A DNA stretch of 33,570 bases from Fidelibacterota bacterium (GCA_034723415.1 JAYEOX010000082.1:9553-43122), one strand, 5' to 3'. Shown: positions 1-10,986, numbered from the stretch's first letter. A program made the numbers and translations. The notes: generated by a model not told the origin, from the sequence alone.

Positions 1-46
1 TTTTATAAAATTAATTATTTTTTATTTGTGAGAATATAACTAAAAT

Positions 47-76
47 CACCTACCACTATAGAGATACTGGTAGGTG
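47..76. terminator. Probable intrinsic (possibly bidirectional) terminator downstream of the RRM gene
   Basis: Inverted repeat CACCTACCA (47-55) / TGGTAGGTG (68-76), flanked by AAAAT and TTTT, 18 nt beyond the stop of the minus-strand gene. Confidence 0.65.
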
Positions 77-94
77 TTTTAATTACTTAAGTTG

Positions 95-364
95 TTACCA
101 ACTTTTGCGTTTAGGCCTTTCTTTTCTTGGACGAGCCTTATTGACCTTGATAGGTCTGTCCTTAATTGAAGCACCATCAAGTTCTTCCATAGCTTTTTCA
201 GCTTCGGCTTCTTCTTTCATTTCAATAAAACCAAAACCTTTAGATCTTCTAGTTTCTCGATCCATTATTAATGTTGCTTTTGTTACTTCTCCAAATTCTG
301 TGAACAATTGTTTTAGTTCTTCTTCTGTCACATCATATGACAAATTTCCTACATAGATATTCAT
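95..364 (-). CDS. Single-RRM RNA-binding protein (RbpA-like)
   Basis: RNP2 IYVGNL and RNP1 KGFGFIEM motifs, basic C-terminal tail, GAGGAG ribosome-binding site upstream on the minus strand. Confidence 0.95.
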   Translation of the reverse strand: MNIYVGNLSYDVTEEELKQLFTEFGEVTKATLIMDRETRRSKGFGFIEMKEEAEAEKAMEELDGASIKDRPIKVNKARPRKERPKRKSW

Positions 365-851
365 CTATTCTCCTCAAATTCTCGCGTTTTTAAATTGCAC
401 TATTGAAAAACCAAACGCAAAAGTTAATCAATAGTTTTTTGCCAACTATTGGCAATATATTTTTTACACATAATAGATACTTTAAACATATAATTATGTA
501 TTTTGATTTTATTAAATATAGAAAAATGCTTCAACATAGAAAGAAAAATTTATAAATTCCCTCTATGTGATAAAAATGTGTTTATTAAGAAATTATCAGT
601 ATATAAAAAGAATAAAACCGAAATTTCATTAATCGTATGTTTTTGCTGTTTATTTTTTATGATTCTTTTTTTCCTTTAATTTCTCTTTCCAATCCAACAC
701 CGTATTTTAAAGAAAGATAATACTAATGTCAAGCAAAATATTCATTTTTGTTTAATATTCTCAAATAAATATATTTTTTTTGTTATAATAAATAAATATT
801 AATATATTTTAACTTATTGAAAATGATTACAATTATGTTGAGAGTGGGAAA

Positions 852-1436
852 ATGAAAAAAAAATTAGTATTAGCTACACGAAATAGAGATAAAATTAAAG
901 AAATAAAAAATAAATTAGGGAATGATATTATCATTTTAACAATTGATGATTTTGATAATATGCCAGAAGTGATTGAAGATGGTGAAACATTAGAAGAAAA
1001 TGCTATTAAAAAAGCAAGAATAATTTTCGAGCATACAAAACTGCCGGCAATTGCTGATGATACAGGTTTATTTGTTGATGCGTTGAATGGTAGACCAGGT
1101 GTGTTCTCAAGTAGGTTTGCGGGAGAAGATGCAACTTACGATGAAAATGTTGACAAATTGATAGGTGAATTAAAGAGTGTTTCTTGGGAACAAAGGAATG
1201 CTAAATTTATTACAGTTATAGCATATATGGATGATAAGTCAATGTGGACAGTGGAGGGAAGAGCAGAAGGAAAAATAATCAAAGACAAAAAAGGGAATAG
1301 TGGGTTTGGTTATGATCCTGTTTTTTATTATGAAGAATTAGGTAAGACATTTTCAGAAATGGATATAGAAGAAAAAAATAAAATCAGTCACCGAGCAATT
1401 GCATTAAGAAAATTTGTTGAAAAATATAAAAAATAA
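852..1436 (+). CDS. rdgB: RdgB/HAM1 non-canonical purine NTP pyrophosphatase
   Basis: ATRNRDK, ENAIKKA, ADDTGL, GFGYDPVF and KNKISHR motifs. Confidence 0.95.
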   Translation: MKKKLVLATRNRDKIKEIKNKLGNDIIILTIDDFDNMPEVIEDGETLEENAIKKARIIFEHTKLPAIADDTGLFVDALNGRPGVFSSRFAGEDATYDENVDKLIGELKSVSWEQRNAKFITVIAYMDDKSMWTVEGRAEGKIIKDKKGNSGFGYDPVFYYEELGKTFSEMDIEEKNKISHRAIALRKFVEKYKK

Positions 1437-1573
1437 ATCGAATTAATGTTTAGTGATTATGAAAAATATTTATTATATTATTTTTTAAAAATTAAGGAGT
1501 AGAAAAATAAGACCAATTTGTTAAAGAGAAGATGAAATAAAATTCGAAATTATAATGTTGAAAAAAATATAAT

Positions 1574-4500
1574 TTGAAGAAAATATTACTGACAATTGGT
1601 CTATTAACATTTTTCATTAGTTTGTCTTTGGGACAGAGTGAAAATAGTTTCTTTGGTATTAAATATTCATATCGACCGGTTGGTGTTATGCCAATATTAT
1701 TTTCAACTCCATCCGGATTTGAGAAATATAAATTAGATGCAAATAATCCGATCTCTATTACTATGCCAAAATTGGTTAGTGATCTAAAATTATTTCAATT
1801 GACAAATGATAATGGTGATGTTTTGATTCAATATGAAAAAATTGGAGATTATTATGTAAATATACCTTCATATATTTTTCTAAGTGATTATTATAAACTT
1901 AAAATTGATCAAACAAAAAAGCAAGAATGGAATAAAAAAATTGCTAAGGAAGTTACAAAAGGGAAAAAAGATAAAGGTGGTGGAGCATTCGAAATTGGTA
2001 CTGATATTGCAGGCCAGAGAGTATCACTAAGAGTTAATGGGAATATAACAATTTCAGGAAAGTATAATAATCAAACCCAATCTACCAGATATACATCATC
2101 AGCAGAAGCAGCTAAATCAGATAATTTTATTCTTGATCAAACACAAAGTTTTAATATTGAAGGAAAGATTGGTGATAGAATAAGTATGAAAGTTCACCAG
2201 GATAGCGAAAATAGTTTTGATTTCGAAAACCAATTAAAAATTTATTATACGGGAAAAGAAGATGAAATTGTACAAAGAGTAGATGCCGGAAACATTGGTT
2301 TATCTTTACCGGCGACAAGGTTTGTTAGTGGTAAGGCATCCAATAGTGGTCTATATGGAATTAAGGCATTTATGAAATTAGGGCCAATAGATTTGACAAC
2401 TATTGCATCAGTTGAAAAAGGTCAGAGTAAAGTAAAAACTTGGGGTGGTAGTAGCGAAGGAAGTGTTATCAAAAAATATGATTATGATTATATTAAAGAT
2501 ACATATTTTTATCTTGATGATTTCTATCGTAATCAATTATACCCTTTAGATGGAAGAGAATTTACATTTAATTCGGATAAAATAGTTACTGATTTTTATT
2601 TATACATTTCTTGTAGAGAAACAGAGCAATCATCATTTAATGCAGTTGCTTATGTTGATCCTTCAGATACATCAAGATATTCGAACGAAGCAGAAAAATT
2701 GTTTTTCAGGAAATTAGAACCGAAAGATTATGAATTGAAATCAGAAATGGGAATTGTTAAAATACAAACAAGTTTTACACAAGAAAAAGTTTTAGCAGTG
2801 GCTTATCGGACAGATGATGGAACTGAAGTAGGTGATGTTGTAGAATCTATGGATGAATATCCTCAAAAATTAAAATTAATCAGACACAGTTCACCTCTAC
2901 CACAATATAAAACCTGGGATTTAGAATTAAAAAATGTATATAATCTTGGAGCAAGAAATATTAACAAAGAAGGGTTTGATTTAAAAATATATTATAATAA
3001 TGGGAGTGTAAAACAAGATGGGGATGAAAATTGGTCATCTTTTTTACAACTATTTGAATTGGATAAAGATGATAATAGTCATTCGGGTAATCCGGATGGG
3101 CAGATCGATGTTGAAGATAATTCGAATGTAGTAAAATTATTCGATGGTGAATTATGGTTCCCATTTACATATCCATTTGAAGCAGCAATTGTAGCTGATA
3201 ATAATAATGGATACTATAATGAAGGATTAGATGAAGATACAACATTATCATCCTCATTATTGTATCATGGTGATAGAACATCTATTACCGATATTCAGAA
3301 TGAAAGTAAATTTATTATTGAGGTTACATATAAAAATAGAAGTGATTTTATTCAATTAAATGATATGATGATAATTGAAGGTAGTGAAGAAGTTACGATA
3401 AATGGACAGAAATTATCAAAAGGAATTGATTATGAGATCGATTACTTTGCCGGTTCTGTACAGTTAATAAGTTCAAAAGCAAAAGATCCTAATGGAGAGT
3501 TAAAGATCACATACGATGCTCAACAACTATTTCAATTAGATAAGAAAACAATAGCAGGGATGAGAGCAGAATATAAGTTTGGTAATAATTCGTTTTTAGG
3601 TGGAACATTTATGTATTATAATAAGTCATCTTTAGATGATCAAGTTCGAATTGGTGAAGAACCATTTAAAAATTATATTTGGGATATTAACGGACAAGTC
3701 AGTTATGATCTTGATTGGATGACTTGGGCAATAAATGCCTTACCACTTATTAGAACAGATAGTAAGAGTTCAATAAAAATAGACGGTGAAGTGGCTCAAA
3801 TTATTCCTAATCCTAATACAATTAGTAATGAAGCAACGGGTGATCTTAACGGAGTGGCTAAAATAGATGATTTTGAAGGAGTTAAAAGAGTTACCTCAAT
3901 GGGGATTATGTATAAAAGTTGGAAAAGAGCAAGTAAACCAACCAATACATTTTTTGATCATACTTTTCAAGAAAGAGGATTCTTGTTTTGGTATAACCCA
4001 TATAATAAAATTGATGTAAGAAATATTTGGCCAAATAAAGAGACAAGTAATACTGAAGATAATGGAATTAATATTTTAAATATTGTGTTAGATCCGGAAG
4101 TAAATGGAATCACCGGACATGAAACGAAAGTAGATCCGAGACAGACATGGGGCGGGATTATGAAGCCGTTATATTCAGGTTCCTATAATCAAACGAAAAG
4201 TAAATATATTGAAATTTGGGCAAAAGGAGAAACCGGAACTATTCAAATTGATATTGGAAAAATTAGTGAGGATATTGATAATGATTTTAGGTTAGATACC
4301 GAAGATGGATGTGATACACTTATAAAGAAAATGAAAAATGATATGATTGATGAAAAAAGTGGAAGGACAGAAGATATTGGAATAAATTTATTAACAGATG
4401 AGGAAGAGATAGCATTGGGATGGGATCCCAAAATTGACAATTTTATTAGAGATACAGAAAATCAAAATAGTAACAACGCAGAATATCGTTATTATAATGG

Positions 4501-7500
4501 TACTGAAAATAATGCTGAAGAAACAAATAACTATCCCGATACAGAAGATCTAAATAGAAACGCTAAAGTAGATGTTTTAAATGATTACTTTACTTATGAA
4601 CTAAATCTTGAATCAACCCCTTGGATTATTTCAGAAACCGAGACAGATAATGGAGTTAAAACAGGTTGGAAATTATACAGAATACCACTAAATAAAGCGG
4701 TTGATTCTACTGGAAATGCTAATTTGGCTCATGTAGAATTTATGAGATTATCTTTTGGCAATGTTATAAAACAGGATACAGTACAACTTGCCTCGGTAGC
4801 AATTGTAGGAAATGAATGGCAGGAAATTGGTATTACTGATACTATTTCTACAGAATATCATAAAGATGATGATATGTTTGCTATTACAGTTGTCAATACA
4901 GAGGAAAACGCTGAATACGAATCGCCGGAAGGTGTACAAGGTAAATTAGATAAGATAAATAATATTCGAGCAAAAGAACAATCATTATGTTTGAAATTGA
5001 ACGGTTTGCCATCGGGGCAAGAAGCAGCAGCAGAAAAATTATTATATAAAGATATAGATCTTTTACTGTATAATCAGTTGAAAATGTATATTCATGGTGA
5101 TAATTTACTAAGTGAAAATACACCTATCAGTGTTAGCATTAGATTGGGAAGAATAATAGACAATAATTTTGAATATTATGAGGTTGAAACGCCGGTTTAT
5201 AATGGATGGGATAAGAGAAATGAAATATTATTGGATTTTGAAAAATTGGCAACATTGAAGATGAAAAATGAGTTTGACGGTGAGATTTTTAGAAATCCTA
5301 AAGCAGGTGTAAAAGAATATCATCTTGTGGATGAAGAGACAGGAGAACTTACTGGTCAAATATATAGAATTGTAGGAAATCCGGCATTAACAAGAATAAA
5401 AAAACTTATTGTAACAGTAAAAAATAATCATTCATTCCAAAGTTATACTGGTGATATTTGGTTGGATGAATTAAGAGTTAGTGATACGAAAAATGAAAAA
5501 GGAATGGCGATTCGTGGAAGGGTAAATATGAAATTTGCTGATGTTGCCAGTGTAAATGTTAATGCTGAAAAAAAAGATGCTGAATTTCACGAAGTAAATA
5601 GAAAAGATGCCGGAAGTTCCGGAAGTCAAAATGATAATAAATCATTTAATATTTCGACAAGTTTTAAACCAAGCAAGTTGCTACCTAAAAAATGGGGTGT
5701 TTCACTGCCAGTATCAGTAAACTATTCTGAATCTGAAAAGTCACCTAAATATTTTCCCGGTAGTGATATAATCTTATTAAATGTTCCCGATAGTGTAAAA
5801 GATCTATCAACAAGAAGGTCTTATAGTACTTCAATAAGTAAAAATACTGATACGGATTCTTGGCTAATCAAAAATACATTGGAAGCGGTTAAATTAGATT
5901 TTAGTGCTACCAATAATGAAATGAGTAATTTTCTTATTAAAAAAGATAAACGAATCAACTACAGTGGCAAAGTTAACTATAAAATAAATTTTGAAAAAGG
6001 TGATGGGATTTCTTTCTTAAAATGGGTGCCGATCTTTGGAAAGAAACTTGAAAACAAAAAATTCTATTGGAAACCAAATAATATTTCATTGAATATGAAT
6101 ATGAAAGAATCAGAAAGAGATATTACTAAAAGGATAAATCCTGATTCCACAACTACGACTCAGAATTTTGATATGAATCGTAATTCAAGCATCAATTATG
6201 ATCCATTTGATAATTTGTCTATGAAATACACTCGTGGTTTGCATTCAAATTTAAAAAATTATGTGAATGATAAGGCAAAATTATTTACAAAATTTACTCC
6301 GGGATATGTAAATAAAATATCGGAATCGCTTTCTGCTGGATATAAATTAAACTTAACTAATTGGTTTTCACCCAAATTAAATTATAGTACATCTTATTCA
6401 TATAATAAATCGCTTGATCAAAATTATGCTTCTACATCCAATGCACGAAAAATAAGTACAAATTTTCAGTTGGATTTTGTTAAAATATTAGATTCATTTA
6501 AAAAAACCGGAAGTAAAAATAATAGTGATAAAAAATCTCATAATGCTGCCGGACGTTATAGACCTCAAAATGTTAAAAATCAAGATAGTAATAATAAAAA
6601 TACAGAAAAAGAGAATAAAAAAGATACTGAAAAAAAGAAAAAGATAAATCTTTTTGCATTGCTTAAAAAAGGAATTGGAAAAATTGATCCAATTTCGGTA
6701 ACCATGTCTGAAACAAAAAACATTAATAATGTAGGTGTGATTTTATATGAAGATTCGTTGGGACATGGGCAAACCAGAATTAATCCTTTGTATCGTTTTG
6801 GATTATCTGAAACCCCATCTGATTCTACATCAACAGATAAAGGGAAATATACATTAGGTAAAAAAGTTTCTCAAAATTTATCAGTAAATTCGGGAATAAA
6901 AATCACTAAAAATTTATCAACAAATTTAAATTTTAAAGTTGATATAAGTAATAATTATTCTAAGGGAAACATCTACAAAAATATGACTATTAGTTATTTT
7001 TCACTGGGAAAAAAAGGTGATGAAGGATTTCCAATGCCAAATTGGAATGTCTCTTGGAACGGATTAGAATCGGTAAAATTTATTAATAAAATATTTAAGA
7101 GTTTGTCAATCAGTCATGGATATTCCGGGGGAAAACAAATCAGTATAAAAGATACTACAGAAACCGGTTCACAATATTCGCAGAATTTTAGTCCACTTAT
7201 TCAGTTAAATATGTCATTTATTGGAGATATTAGATCAAATATAGGAATTTCGAGAAGTTTATCAATAAATAATGGTAGCGGTGATACAAGACAATCAATT
7301 TCTGAAAATGCAAATTTGTCCATATCGTATAGCTATAGTGGTGGAATGAATATTCCAATTCCTTTTATGAAAGATCTTAATGTAACTAACAATATAACTT
7401 TTACTGTTAACGGTAGTTATGGCAAAAGTTATCAAAACAAATATACTGCAGCCGGAAATGATGAAAATTTTAATAAAAGAAATAATTGGAAAATAAAAAC

Positions 7501-7636
7501 AGATTTGAATTATCAATTTACAAAAAATATAAATGGTTCTGCTTTTTTTACTTATGGTGAATCAAAATTAGATATTGGCCCTGATAGAATTTCAAGAGAT
7601 TATGGATTAAAAGTTAATATTAGAATTAGTGGATAA
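1574..7636 (+). CDS. sprA: SprA-family outer-membrane translocon of the type IX secretion system
   Basis: 2020 aa with signal peptide; SprA-like motifs FDFENQLKIYYTGKEDEIVQRVDAGN, ELKNVYNLG, GIDYEIDY, IDIGKISED, DTEDLN, GWKLYRIPL, IWLDELR and QNFSPLI; beta-strand-rich C-terminus; TTG start. Confidence 0.9.
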   Translation: MKKILLTIGLLTFFISLSLGQSENSFFGIKYSYRPVGVMPILFSTPSGFEKYKLDANNPISITMPKLVSDLKLFQLTNDNGDVLIQYEKIGDYYVNIPSYIFLSDYYKLKIDQTKKQEWNKKIAKEVTKGKKDKGGGAFEIGTDIAGQRVSLRVNGNITISGKYNNQTQSTRYTSSAEAAKSDNFILDQTQSFNIEGKIGDRISMKVHQDSENSFDFENQLKIYYTGKEDEIVQRVDAGNIGLSLPATRFVSGKASNSGLYGIKAFMKLGPIDLTTIASVEKGQSKVKTWGGSSEGSVIKKYDYDYIKDTYFYLDDFYRNQLYPLDGREFTFNSDKIVTDFYLYISCRETEQSSFNAVAYVDPSDTSRYSNEAEKLFFRKLEPKDYELKSEMGIVKIQTSFTQEKVLAVAYRTDDGTEVGDVVESMDEYPQKLKLIRHSSPLPQYKTWDLELKNVYNLGARNINKEGFDLKIYYNNGSVKQDGDENWSSFLQLFELDKDDNSHSGNPDGQIDVEDNSNVVKLFDGELWFPFTYPFEAAIVADNNNGYYNEGLDEDTTLSSSLLYHGDRTSITDIQNESKFIIEVTYKNRSDFIQLNDMMIIEGSEEVTINGQKLSKGIDYEIDYFAGSVQLISSKAKDPNGELKITYDAQQLFQLDKKTIAGMRAEYKFGNNSFLGGTFMYYNKSSLDDQVRIGEEPFKNYIWDINGQVSYDLDWMTWAINALPLIRTDSKSSIKIDGEVAQIIPNPNTISNEATGDLNGVAKIDDFEGVKRVTSMGIMYKSWKRASKPTNTFFDHTFQERGFLFWYNPYNKIDVRNIWPNKETSNTEDNGINILNIVLDPEVNGITGHETKVDPRQTWGGIMKPLYSGSYNQTKSKYIEIWAKGETGTIQIDIGKISEDIDNDFRLDTEDGCDTLIKKMKNDMIDEKSGRTEDIGINLLTDEEEIALGWDPKIDNFIRDTENQNSNNAEYRYYNGTENNAEETNNYPDTEDLNRNAKVDVLNDYFTYELNLESTPWIISETETDNGVKTGWKLYRIPLNKAVDSTGNANLAHVEFMRLSFGNVIKQDTVQLASVAIVGNEWQEIGITDTISTEYHKDDDMFAITVVNTEENAEYESPEGVQGKLDKINNIRAKEQSLCLKLNGLPSGQEAAAEKLLYKDIDLLLYNQLKMYIHGDNLLSENTPISVSIRLGRIIDNNFEYYEVETPVYNGWDKRNEILLDFEKLATLKMKNEFDGEIFRNPKAGVKEYHLVDEETGELTGQIYRIVGNPALTRIKKLIVTVKNNHSFQSYTGDIWLDELRVSDTKNEKGMAIRGRVNMKFADVASVNVNAEKKDAEFHEVNRKDAGSSGSQNDNKSFNISTSFKPSKLLPKKWGVSLPVSVNYSESEKSPKYFPGSDIILLNVPDSVKDLSTRRSYSTSISKNTDTDSWLIKNTLEAVKLDFSATNNEMSNFLIKKDKRINYSGKVNYKINFEKGDGISFLKWVPIFGKKLENKKFYWKPNNISLNMNMKESERDITKRINPDSTTTTQNFDMNRNSSINYDPFDNLSMKYTRGLHSNLKNYVNDKAKLFTKFTPGYVNKISESLSAGYKLNLTNWFSPKLNYSTSYSYNKSLDQNYASTSNARKISTNFQLDFVKILDSFKKTGSKNNSDKKSHNAAGRYRPQNVKNQDSNNKNTEKENKKDTEKKKKINLFALLKKGIGKIDPISVTMSETKNINNVGVILYEDSLGHGQTRINPLYRFGLSETPSDSTSTDKGKYTLGKKVSQNLSVNSGIKITKNLSTNLNFKVDISNNYSKGNIYKNMTISYFSLGKKGDEGFPMPNWNVSWNGLESVKFINKIFKSLSISHGYSGGKQISIKDTTETGSQYSQNFSPLIQLNMSFIGDIRSNIGISRSLSINNGSGDTRQSISENANLSISYSYSGGMNIPIPFMKDLNVTNNITFTVNGSYGKSYQNKYTAAGNDENFNKRNNWKIKTDLNYQFTKNINGSAFFTYGESKLDIGPDRISRDYGLKVNIRISG

Positions 7637-7645
7637 TATTTAAAG

Positions 7646-8575
7646 GTGAATATTATGGAAAATAAAAGAAAAAATAAAATAATAATTATCTTTACGGTGT
7701 TATTAGTAAATAGTATTATTTTTGGGAAAACACCAATTTTTAGTGGGAATAAAGCTTATCAGTATCTGACAAAACAAACAAATTTTGGACCAAGAAATCC
7801 AGGCAGTGACGGATATGAAAATTGCAAGAAATGGTTAATTAATTTTGCAGAAAAAAATAGCGATAAGATTGAATTACAGAATTTTATTGGAACAGATCCA
7901 AAATCAAAAGAGAAAATTTCTATGACAAATATTATTGCTCGTTTTGATCCGAAAAAAACAGAACGAATAATGTTGTCTGCTCACTGGGATACGCGTCCAT
8001 GGGCTGATGAAGGAAATTACAAAAAAGATGAACCAATATCAGGTGCAAACGATGGTGCAAGTGGAATAGCTGTTTTGCTTCATATTATGGAATTGGTAAA
8101 TATAAATGATTTAAATTTTGGTGTAGATATTGTATTTTGGGATGGTGAAGATTTAGGTCGGTCGGGACATACTTATGAATTTTGTCAAGGATCACGGTAT
8201 TATTCGTTGCATATCATTGAACCAAAACCGCAGGAAGGAATTGTAATCGATATGATTGGAGATACCGATCTAAAAGTTTTTTTTGAAGGTAATTCTATGA
8301 AGTTTTACCCCAATCTTATGATAGATATTTGGGATATTGCTTCAAAATTGAATTATGAGAAATATTTTATTAAAAAATATGGACCGACAATGTATGATGA
8401 TCATGTTCCTTTGTCTTACATTGCCGGAATTCCTACAATAGATATTATTGATTTTAAGTATCCAAATGAAAATATTAATTATTGGCATACGCATAATGAC
8501 ACAGCAGATAAATGTTCACCAAAAAGTTTAAAGATTATAGGTGATATTTTAATTTATTGGTTGTATAATAGATAA
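7646..8575 (+). CDS. M28-family Zn peptidase, glutaminyl cyclase-like (start may be ATG 7655)
   Basis: FGPRNPGS, SAHWDTRP, GANDGASG, DGEDLG, DMIGD, DDH and YWHT motifs; N-terminal signal peptide. Confidence 0.85.
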   Translation: MNIMENKRKNKIIIIFTVLLVNSIIFGKTPIFSGNKAYQYLTKQTNFGPRNPGSDGYENCKKWLINFAEKNSDKIELQNFIGTDPKSKEKISMTNIIARFDPKKTERIMLSAHWDTRPWADEGNYKKDEPISGANDGASGIAVLLHIMELVNINDLNFGVDIVFWDGEDLGRSGHTYEFCQGSRYYSLHIIEPKPQEGIVIDMIGDTDLKVFFEGNSMKFYPNLMIDIWDIASKLNYEKYFIKKYGPTMYDDHVPLSYIAGIPTIDIIDFKYPNENINYWHTHNDTADKCSPKSLKIIGDILIYWLYNR

Positions 8576-9382
8576 TTGAGAAAAAGGAAATATATGAAAA
8601 TGAATAGAAAAATATTGATATTAATTTTTACTGTAATTATTTTTTATAGTTGTGGACCGGAAGCACCTAAAGAAGACAATGAAGTCTATAATATTCCCGA
8701 ATTATCAGAATCCGAAATATTATATGATCAGAATTTGAAACAGATACATTTACAAACTTATGTGAATGATAACTCAGTCGAATCAATGAAATTTGTGAAT
8801 GTAGATATTTATTATCCTAGATCAGATACTATATCCTGTAAAGTTACATTAAATGATTCAGGTATAAATGGCGACCAAATCCCAAATGATCAATATTTTG
8901 GATTTACTTATGATCCAAATTTGCCTGACATGCCACTTGGAATTTTAAAGGCAGTTTTTAATGCTCAAGATAGCGATAATAATAATGCTGAAATTACTGT
9001 AGATTCAATAGTATTTGATATAAATTATACACCAGTAATTGAAAATATAAATGCGCCGGATTCAGTTGAAAGACCAATTACCGGAGAAGAATATGTTTAC
9101 ATTCATGTTACAGTAAGTGATGCAAATGGTTTAGATGATATTAAAACTGTTTATTTTCAAGTCGAAGATAATGATAATCCCGGGAATTGGAGTGATGGAT
9201 TTTTATTATTTGATGATGGAAATGAGGAGTACAATGATAATGTCTCAGGTGATAGCATTTTTTCAGGTGGCTTTTCAATTAATATAAGTAATGATTTAGC
9301 TACAAATTATTTTAGATACATTGCTATTGACTATTCTAATGCACAAAGTGAAATAGTAAAAGATTCAATTGTTGTTTATTGA
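8576..9382 (+). CDS. Hypothetical acidic lipoprotein with two Ig-like units carrying LxDxG..D..xDxxF motifs (choice-of-anchor X-like); start probably ATG 8594 or 8600
   Basis: Lipobox FYSC; repeated motifs LNDSGINGDQIPNDQYF and LFDDGNEEYNDNVSGDSIFSG. Confidence 0.6.
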   Translation: MRKRKYMKMNRKILILIFTVIIFYSCGPEAPKEDNEVYNIPELSESEILYDQNLKQIHLQTYVNDNSVESMKFVNVDIYYPRSDTISCKVTLNDSGINGDQIPNDQYFGFTYDPNLPDMPLGILKAVFNAQDSDNNNAEITVDSIVFDINYTPVIENINAPDSVERPITGEEYVYIHVTVSDANGLDDIKTVYFQVEDNDNPGNWSDGFLLFDDGNEEYNDNVSGDSIFSGGFSINISNDLATNYFRYIAIDYSNAQSEIVKDSIVVY

Positions 9383-9399
9383 TCAAAGGAGTTTAAAGT

Positions 9400-10986
9400 T
9401 TGAAGAAAAAAGTTTTAAAAATTATAATATTAAATATTTTTTTATTGGGAGTTGTTTTTGGGAGATCATTTATTGCAAATACATTTACATTGAATGACAC
9501 GTTGCCGGATTCTATTGCCTACAAAGGTATTGGTTCAAATGGTGTAAGCGATATTCATGTCAAAGATGATTCTACTTTATTATTCGCTACCGGTGCAGGT
9601 TTATCAATTACTTACAATGCAGGTGAAAGTTTTTACACTTATTATAATTCATTCGGTAGTGTTGCTTATGGAGGTGTTTCGGCAATGACTTCATTAGGAG
9701 ATAAAATTTGGGTTGCTACTGCTTATGATTCTGTTATAAGTGGAGAGAGCTTACCTGTTGGAAATGGAATAAGTTATTCTGAAAATGGAGGGCATAGTTG
9801 GAAACATTTCCCGCAGATGACGGATCATCCCGATTCAAATTTTGTAATATATTTTGGTGATACATTGGATGCTTTGCCAATTACAGTAGCTGTACAAAAT
9901 ATTACTTATGATCTTGCTGTAAATGTAAATTCCGATGGCGATACGATATTATGGGCTACAAGCTGGGCCGGTGGAACAAGGTGCAGTTATGATCTCGGTA
10001 AAAATTGGAAGCGAGTAATTTTACCTCCCGATGATATGGATACATTAGACGAAAATAGTTCACATGATTTTGATTTAAGTCCAACAAGTGGAAATTTAGG
10101 GTTTGAAGAAAATTTCAACCATATGTCATTTAGTGTTGTTGCTTTTGATGATACAATTGCAGTAGGAACGGCTGCAGGAATAAATATTTCTTATGATAGT
10201 GGAATTACATGGAGAAAATATAATGCTCAAAATTCAGATATCAGTGGGAACTTTGTGAGAGCTTTGTATAAAGATGAAAATGGGAAGATTTACGGTGCTG
10301 CTTTACCGGCTAATGATCCGAATGAATATTATTCGTTAGTATATTCTAAAGTTGATGGAAGTGATAATTTGCAATGGTCTTCTACTTTAAAGAATAAACA
10401 AATTTACAATTCCACTTCAGATGGCAATTATGTTTTTGCCGGTACGGAAGATGGCTTGTACATAAGTAGTGACGGTTGGAGTTGGGTAAAAAATGGTGGA
10501 ATTATGGATGATGCCGGTGTAAGAATTTATTCAGAAAAAATTTATGATGTTACAGTTGATAATAATGGTAATTTGTGGATTGGAACCGGTGATGGATTAG
10601 CAAAATCAATTGATCAGGGTGTTACTTGGGAAATAATTAGAAGAATACGATCACTTCCCGATCTGAATAAATTGGATATGAGTGTTTATCCTAATCCTTT
10701 TTCCCCATCGCGCATGAATTTATATAATAATGATGGATATTCGAGAATACATTGTAATTTTCCTAAAGATGGTAGTGCAACTTTGGAAATATTTGATTTT
10801 GGTATGAATAAAGCGAAAACAATTATGAAAGATGTTTTGGTTGTAAAGGGAGAAAAGGATTTTGTGTGGGATTGCAAAAATGGAATGAATGATGTTGTAG
10901 CAAATGGAACATATTTTATTAAACTTACTTTCAATTCCGGAGATAAAAAAGAAATTGATTGGACAAAATTAATAATATTGGATTAG
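9400..10986 (+). CDS. Secreted BNR/Asp-box beta-propeller protein with C-terminal T9SS type A sorting / FlgD-like Ig domain
   Basis: Asp-boxes SENGGHSW, SYDLGKNW, SYDSGITW and SIDQGVTW; C-terminal VYPNPF...NGTYFIKL...KLIILD; AAAGGA RBS before the TTG start. Confidence 0.75.
   Translation: MKKKVLKIIILNIFLLGVVFGRSFIANTFTLNDTLPDSIAYKGIGSNGVSDIHVKDDSTLLFATGAGLSITYNAGESFYTYYNSFGSVAYGGVSAMTSLGDKIWVATAYDSVISGESLPVGNGISYSENGGHSWKHFPQMTDHPDSNFVIYFGDTLDALPITVAVQNITYDLAVNVNSDGDTILWATSWAGGTRCSYDLGKNWKRVILPPDDMDTLDENSSHDFDLSPTSGNLGFEENFNHMSFSVVAFDDTIAVGTAAGINISYDSGITWRKYNAQNSDISGNFVRALYKDENGKIYGAALPANDPNEYYSLVYSKVDGSDNLQWSSTLKNKQIYNSTSDGNYVFAGTEDGLYISSDGWSWVKNGGIMDDAGVRIYSEKIYDVTVDNNGNLWIGTGDGLAKSIDQGVTWEIIRRIRSLPDLNKLDMSVYPNPFSPSRMNLYNNDGYSRIHCNFPKDGSATLEIFDFGMNKAKTIMKDVLVVKGEKDFVWDCKNGMNDVVANGTYFIKLTFNSGDKKEIDWTKLIILD

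Noticed and set aside
6495..6650. Lys/Asn-rich stretch in SprA as an inserted element
   Set aside because: In-frame low-complexity loop without terminal repeats or intein motifs
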